Shown: piece by piece, positions 56,947 through 64,000 of the stretch | Position numbering within the stretch: the stretch's first letter is position 1 | How the letters are laid out: every line of letters begins with the position of its first letter | Source of the DNA: the human T2T-CHM13v2.0 reference genome, Homo sapiens | Assembly (NCBI RefSeq): GCF_009914755.1 | Contig: NC_060941.1 | Strand: one strand, 5' to 3' | Length of the DNA stretch: 64,000 nucleotides | Program-made: the position numbers and the translations under genes | The notes under the pieces: model-generated | The model's database searches: none | What the model saw: only the letters and a program-made list of their open reading frames with translations | Told to the model about the DNA's origin: nothing

Positions 56947-57866
56947 TTAACAAATGAGCCCTGCTCACCTTCCCTGGGCAAGATGTGTTTCATACTACAC
57001 CATATAAGCTTATAAGACACATGTTGCCTTTGATATATGAGGTTAGCAGGGTTCCTTCTTGCTTTAGCAGGCAACCATGCAAATACTTTTCAAATTCCCT
57101 ACACTGTGCAATTCTCCTTGGTCACATTGCTCACGGTCTTCATGTCCCTTCCTGCCCCTCCCCAAGCTCAGAAGGCCTTCACACCCATCCCTTTCTCCCC
57201 TCTTACCCTACCCGAGGTGGGGAGCACATTCATTTCTGGGAATCGACTGCTAAGGTACCAAGTTTACCCACTGTTCTAGGCTGCCAAGACACAGCTAGAG
57301 AAAAAAGCCTAATTCATTGTATTCAACTGGTTTTAATGAGAGATCGGATTGACCGTGCAGTGGATTCAAATCAATTGTGCAGGAAACAGTGGTTAAGACA
57401 GCTGAGAAAGTGATCTGATTGAAAGAGGCTAATTCACTAGCTCCAGACGGACAGTCCTACGGATCCGGAATAAAAGGGAACCACAACAAAAGAAGCTTCA
57501 TGCTTCCAGTTCCATCGCCTGATTTTCCAGGGGCTGGCAGATTGTATTTAGGTCTTCCCTTTCTAGTTCAATTTCTATAGTCTGCAAGAATTCCTACCAC
57601 ATGCTGGAACTGCCACCGTGCTCCTGGCTATGGGAGGTCACCACCCTCCTTCCCTGCTGCCCTCTCCCCATTCAAACACCTGTACCATCCATTTTTGAAA
57701 TTATGGTGAATTTTGTCTTACAATTTTGCTCATAGCCCTTGATGATATATCACCTCTGGAACCACAAAATGATGGTTTCAATTTACAAGCATGTAAGATG
57801 TCTCAGATTGGTTGGTGGTGGTGGGAGGGGTTGTGCTTGGGTGGAATATATGAGGATTTAGACTAA

Positions 57867-58277
<411 letters not shown>

Positions 58278-58519
58278 CTCTAGTGTCTTTCTTTGCAGAT
58301 ATTGTAGAGAGATAAGAGGCCTGGGTACAAGGGTTACCAGTGAATCCTCAGAGGGTCTCAGTCCCTTGAACTCAACCCTTGAGCAAGCTTAATTTTAAAA
58401 CAATTCAGGATACATTGCTAACTCTATTTTTTTTAATCTCTCGAAGTGAAACCAGAACTTCTGAAAAAGCAGGGTAGTACATTCTATTCTTTTGTCATCT
58501 ATTACAGAATTATAACGTT

Positions 58520-58670
58520 TTCATTGCAGGCAATTCATTTAATCTCGTTACCTAGTTTTACAAGTGAGGCAACTGAAATTCAGAGAGGCTAGGTCACAGT
58601 GCCAAGGAGCCCAGCTAGTGGGTGGGTGAGCTTGGAGGTTAAGCCAGGGCGCCTGTGTTCTAGCGCTCAG
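58520..58670 (-). mobile_element. MIR fragment
   Basis: ttttacaagtgaggcaactgaaattcagagaggct...ccaagg core. Confidence 0.6.
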
Positions 58671-59062
58671 ACTCATCTCATTCAATGAAAATATATTCTG
58701 CTTCTTTACTCTTTGCACGTTCCTTGGTTAGTCATCACCAAATAACTTTGGGATCCTTAGAGATGTGAGTTACAGCCTTCTCCTTTCTCTTTCTTTCCTA
58801 CGTTTCTGTACCCCTCCTGGTTCACTGTTTCCACTGAATGTCTCCACTAAAATGATTTCTGTCGATCTTCCCCGGTCCTTTTGCAGTTTTTTCACGTTCC
58901 TTTCTTAAGGGCAATAACCTAATCTAAGCATAATCCTTTTATAAGGTCTGAGTAATGCGGACTATTGAAGAAGGAAAATAACAGCACAACCAAAGAGTTG
59001 TGGACTGGGGCAAAAAGTCACCGAATGAAACTGTGGGCAGAAATCTGTCATTAAAAATTCAG

Positions 59063-59435
<373 letters not shown>

Positions 59436-59488
59436 TCAATGCAGTTCAGCTCTGTGAGAGGCCAGAGACCTCCCGCCATCCAGTGGCC

Positions 59489-59519
<31 letters not shown>

Positions 59520-59551
59520 GACGTGTGTGTGCGTGTGTATATGTGTGTGTG
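59489..59551 (+). repeat. Interrupted (TG)n/(CG)n repeat
   Basis: Read directly; largely alternating purine-pyrimidine. Confidence 0.9.
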
Positions 59552-61169
59552 ATTTCAGGGTTATCTTCTGGGTTGGCCCCCTGCATAGAATATAGCTCTG
59601 CAAGCCACGGAAGCTCATTCATAGACGCCAGTTTTGCCCTTTCTCAGCTCTGGGCCCAGATACTGCAGGCTAATCAAGCTGGAAATCTGGGCTTAATCAT
59701 TATGTGAAAATAACCTCTGTGGCATGCAGTTTGGGGGTTTTCCCTGTAATGTGCTTGATACTTCCTTTGAAAGAACCTGGTTGTACATACCTTAATGTGT
59801 CACCCTTCCAAGCAGTCACCTTGGGAGGCCGCATGCTGATTTTTCTGCAGAAAATGTTTCCACGGTCCCTCTCTTGAAAGTACATTGAGAGCCCATGGCA
59901 TGTCATTTTGACTTTATATAAGGGTAACATATTTTAATTTTCCTAGGGTTGATTTGATTCTTGTAAGCAATGGTAAGTCATGGGGCTGAGTCTGATGAAT
60001 GAAATAGGTGATCAGAAATCAAGAGTGCCTCCAGTAATGAGACTTGCTCTCCTAGGAGCCGTGTCAGCTGTCTCTGAAGGCAGGAGCCCAGAAGAGGCAT
60101 TTCAGAAAGGAGTGAATGGCAGCTCTGCACAGGAGTGCCTGGCAATCCACGATGATCATTTTGAAGAGGACACTCCTCATGAGGAACGACAATTATTGGC
60201 CTTAAGAAAATCAGTTTTATGCTTTATCCGTGTGTCAGGCAGGTGGTGGAGGTCCTAAGAGAGAGGGAGAAAAAGGAGTTGAGTCTGCAGCAAGCATTTC
60301 ACATGGAACTGCTCAGAAAGGGTGAAAAAGTGCATGTCCCATATTTCTGCATGAGATAGTAGACAGTTAGCTTAATTTAGCTTCCTAGTTTGATACTGAG
60401 GGTAAAAGGACCCAGTTTTACGGGATGTATGCAGTGAGGCTCGGGGTCAGAGCCAGAGTGTTCACTGTGCCTTCCCTTCTTTCTATCCCAGGGCTGTCGC
60501 CTCTGTACTTCTGCATTCAGACGGGGTCACCAGCTGGGCCAGACTGCCTTAGATGATGTAGAAATATTTGCAAGCCCAGGAAGATAAGGCTGCCAGTGAG
60601 CACTGCTGATCAATTCCTAATGTGCATTTATCACCACTCGCTCCACCCCCAAATGTCCATTCAGTGGATGAATTGATCACCGAAATGGAGCGAGGGTGGG
60701 GCAGGCTGAGTGTAAAGGCAGGTGACGAGGGTTACCAGACTCAGTGTCTGCAGGCAGGGAAGCCATGGCTGTGCTACCTGGGTAGAATGGCATTCCTTCA
60801 TCTCAGTCAGGATTTAGGGGTTGGTAAAGGGCTGGGCATTTGTACTGCCCCCATGCATAGGCCGGGGCAGAGCCTCTGGTCCTGATGACCCTCTAAAGGC
60901 CATTGTTGGGCATTCTGGAGGAGTCAGTCTTGCTGTGAGCCTGGGGAGTCCCTCTTAACTCTGCTCACGTGTCAGGACAGTGGGAGCTCTGTGTCCCAGG
61001 AGCTTACACAACCCCATCACTCATGCAAGCCCACAAGCCAGAGTTGGAGAGAACTGGAGATCTCGGTGAGATGAAGACTCAAGGAAGTGGAGAGGATGGT
61101 AGAGAGATACTCATAAGAGTGCCGGGTCTCGAGGGCTTACTCTGTACCAGCATCCAGCTTGCACCTAAC

Positions 61170-61320
61170 CTGCATTATCTCGCTGCATCCTCCCATCATC
61201 CCGTCTGAGTGTAGGGGCCCATGTTGTAGATGAGGAAACCGATTCAGAGAGGCTTAGTAACTTGCCCAAGGTCACACAGCTAGTACATTGCTGGTGCCCT
61301 TCTCTCTCTCAAGTCCAGTA
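61170..61320 (-). mobile_element. MIR fragment
   Basis: agatgaggaaaccgattcagagaggcttagtaacttgcccaaggtcacacagctagt core. Confidence 0.8.
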
Positions 61321-64000
61321 GAACAGCTGGGTCTCACCTTCCTGAATGTAATGGAGTCAGTGATACTCAGATTACTTAAGAAAGCAAAGACCTACCTTCC
61401 CATGCCCTGGGACTGGTTATCATAGTGAAAGACTGGGAAGATAAGTGACCTACCTATGAGGGGCTCTGTGGAACCAGAACGGCGGCCCCCATTTAGGTTG
61501 CATGCAGGCAGCAAGATCCTCAGGGCAGTGAAAGAGCTCTCTTTCAGGAATATATGATATTGGCTGAGGATAGCAAAGGCAATGCAAAGAAAATATTAAA
61601 CAAAACAAAACACCCTGATTTTCATTGAGAAAAAAAAAAAACTTGACAATATTGAAAGAACCCCTGGGCAATTCTGCATGAGTCAGTGGAGAGCAGTGAC
61701 GGGAGCTTGGGTGAGGGGCACAGGAGAGAAAAGAGGCGATTTGGGAGGCGGTATGGACCTAGGGATATTTCTAGTTTTAATTACTGAGATGTAGAGCTCA
61801 CAAACAGCTCCATTTATCACAACTCTCCCACCCTGCCCCATGTCTAACATCTAGCATCGTGCATGCAAGACACAGCACTTTAGCCAGCTTGCTTCTGCTG
61901 TTCCCTGTTCTGGTTTTATTCCTTCCCTGTTTGTACCCTGGTGGCTGTGCTTCGTAATGACTCACGCTTTCCCTGTGATTCTCTGTTTCCGGTTCTCTCA
62001 AGTCCCCTGTCCTGAGGGGCACGTGGAAAGGAAGGAATCCTGGGACACTCTTAATAGCCTGTGTTTTACTCTCCAGCTCCCAACCTGCCACACGCCTCAA
62101 GGTCCGGTTGTCACAGGGCGGTGAGCAGCAGCTGAACTCACATTCCCTGGTGTGCAGCTCTTGCCAGGGGCACCTGAGCAGGAAACTCACCTCTGCCTGA
62201 GGGTGTGTGAAAATGTATCTCACTAGTCTTCCGCAGGAACCCAGCGTTCCCGCTCCCTGTTTTCATCCTTCTTGTCCCTGCTTGACTCATGCCTACTCCT
62301 TGTTAGAAGAGCAAGAGAACACTTGGACCCCTCCTTGCCGAAAGCCCCTGTCCCTCTCTCCAGACCCACGGACGCAGGAGCCCCAGTGAGACCTCTGGGC
62401 GGCTAGAACCTTGGCCCCATTCCCCAGTGTTTGGGAGAAGAGTCGCTGCTTTCTGCAGTCTTCGCAAACACTCTCATTATTCCTTGCTTTTTTGGCATTT
62501 GGTCTCGTGTACTGTTCCCATTAGCTTCGGCATTAAAGTCTCATTACTCAGGACATCTGTCCTCTGGACATATTCGTTGTTCCCTTAGCCAAATGTCCTC
62601 TTCTGGGAAGCGTGTTTTCCACCCAAACAGCCACTTCTCTCTTCCTTCGCCCTTGCTGTTTCAGTGGGAGGAATATGAATTCTGAAAGGCTTGGCGGAGG
62701 GAGGGGGTGGCTGTTAATTTGAAGTGGCATCTGAGAGTCCCTTCAAGAGCCCATCCATCCACTCCTTTCTAAGGTCCTGAGAATATGGATCTTTGCTAGG
62801 AGTCAGGCAGGTTGGTGGCCAAACACCATAGGAGCAAAGAAGGGAGTCGCCAGGGGAGTTTTCCCCACTCAGTCCTAGGATCAGGCTCAGATACAATCAC
62901 TAGGGAATTCTGACCTTAGTCACTGCTGTTGGACGGCTTTGACTGAAGGTGAGACTCCTCTTAATCCATCTCCCTGCAGCGACAGGGCATGTGGCTGGCT
63001 CAAAAGCTGAGGCTGCTCCAGAACTTGGGGAAGAATCTGGATTCCACCTTCCCTGTTGGACTCATAGTTAGCTGTTTCTGACTTTTTGCTGCATCTTGAG
63101 AAACTTGCCTGAAGTTTCCCAGGAATGGTGTCCCATAGTCTTGGGAGACTATTTATGCAATGGGAAATATCAATGCGTTTCAGTGCTCAGATAATCAACA
63201 GCCAGCTTCTTACCCAGCCTCAAGCATTCGCGAAGAAGAATATATCGGGCTTTTGAGCCGAGGATCTCTTACACCTCTCCCTTGCTTTTAAGTCACATCA
63301 TTAAAATGTTTCTTCGTGTCACTTTCGGTGTTCTGTCCACTGCTGTGTCTTCTCCGTCTGTCCTTGTTTTGATTCCTGTTCACTTCTGTCGAGCTGTGTT
63401 CCTTCTCCCCTCTCCGTCCGACTTGCCTTCTTGAACTTGTCCTGCCACAACTTCATTAAGCCGCATCGATTTAGATGCCACTAATTCAAAATTTATCCAA
63501 ATTGGACCTGGGCAAAGTTTTTTTTTTTTTTCTTTGTCTGATAAAAATCTGTGATGAACAGATTAATAGCTCAAACAAGACTGCAGAGATTTCACAGGGG
63601 ACATACACCGTGGAGAAGGTTAGATTGTTTACAGGCGGGCTCTTAGTAGACAGTTGGCATGTTAATTCCAAATCATTCTTATCTATTCATTGAAGTAGCT
63701 CTTCGAAGATCAATTTTATTTTATTTTTTTAGTTGAGTTTGAAATCCTGCATTGGCCCGGGAAGCAGTAAAAATGCATTTCCTTTAAAGTGTTTTGGAAT
63801 TTTTATGTCTGTTTCGTTGATAGGGATTAGCCTGCCCTTATTTCTACTGAATTGGTGATGCTTGACTGGAAGCTGCTTCAAATCTCCTTTGCAATTCCCT
63901 CTGGGGGTTCCTGCTAATTTTCCCTCTTCTTGTTTCTTTTCTTTTTCTATTTCCTTGAGTTTTTAGAATCCAACTCTCTCTCTTTCGGCTTTGAGAATTC

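Overview
Primate (almost certainly human) genomic DNA: about 50 kb of repeat-rich intergenic sequence, then the CpG-island promoter and first coding exon of SHISA6 (CKAMP52, an AMPA-receptor auxiliary subunit; chr17p12 from memory), then about 11.7 kb of intron 1. The only credible CDS is SHISA6 exon 1 (51628-52265, + strand), encoding signal peptide, cysteine-rich SHISA domain and TM helix. The other six-frame ORFs are Alu, LTR, simple-repeat or GC-rich shadows. Repeats recognised by eye: about 18 Alus, solo LTRs (LTR8, MER41A, MER50-like, THE1, LTR12, MER39, several MLT1), old L1M/L2/MIR pieces and a MER1A fragment. Subfamily calls come from recalled consensus sequences and need RepeatMasker. 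I found no new gene system. The best leads are: (1) an in-frame stop at the exon-1 donor followed by an intronic AATAAA inside an RBFOX (TGCATG) cluster, a possible switch to a tail-less SHISA6; (2) a candidate upstream exon ending ATG|GTGAGT that would splice to a poly-Ala (GCC)8 uORF; (3) two Alus carrying templated copies of non-Alu DNA from 44 kb and 1.7 kb away in this window, which look like fossil DNA-repair events.
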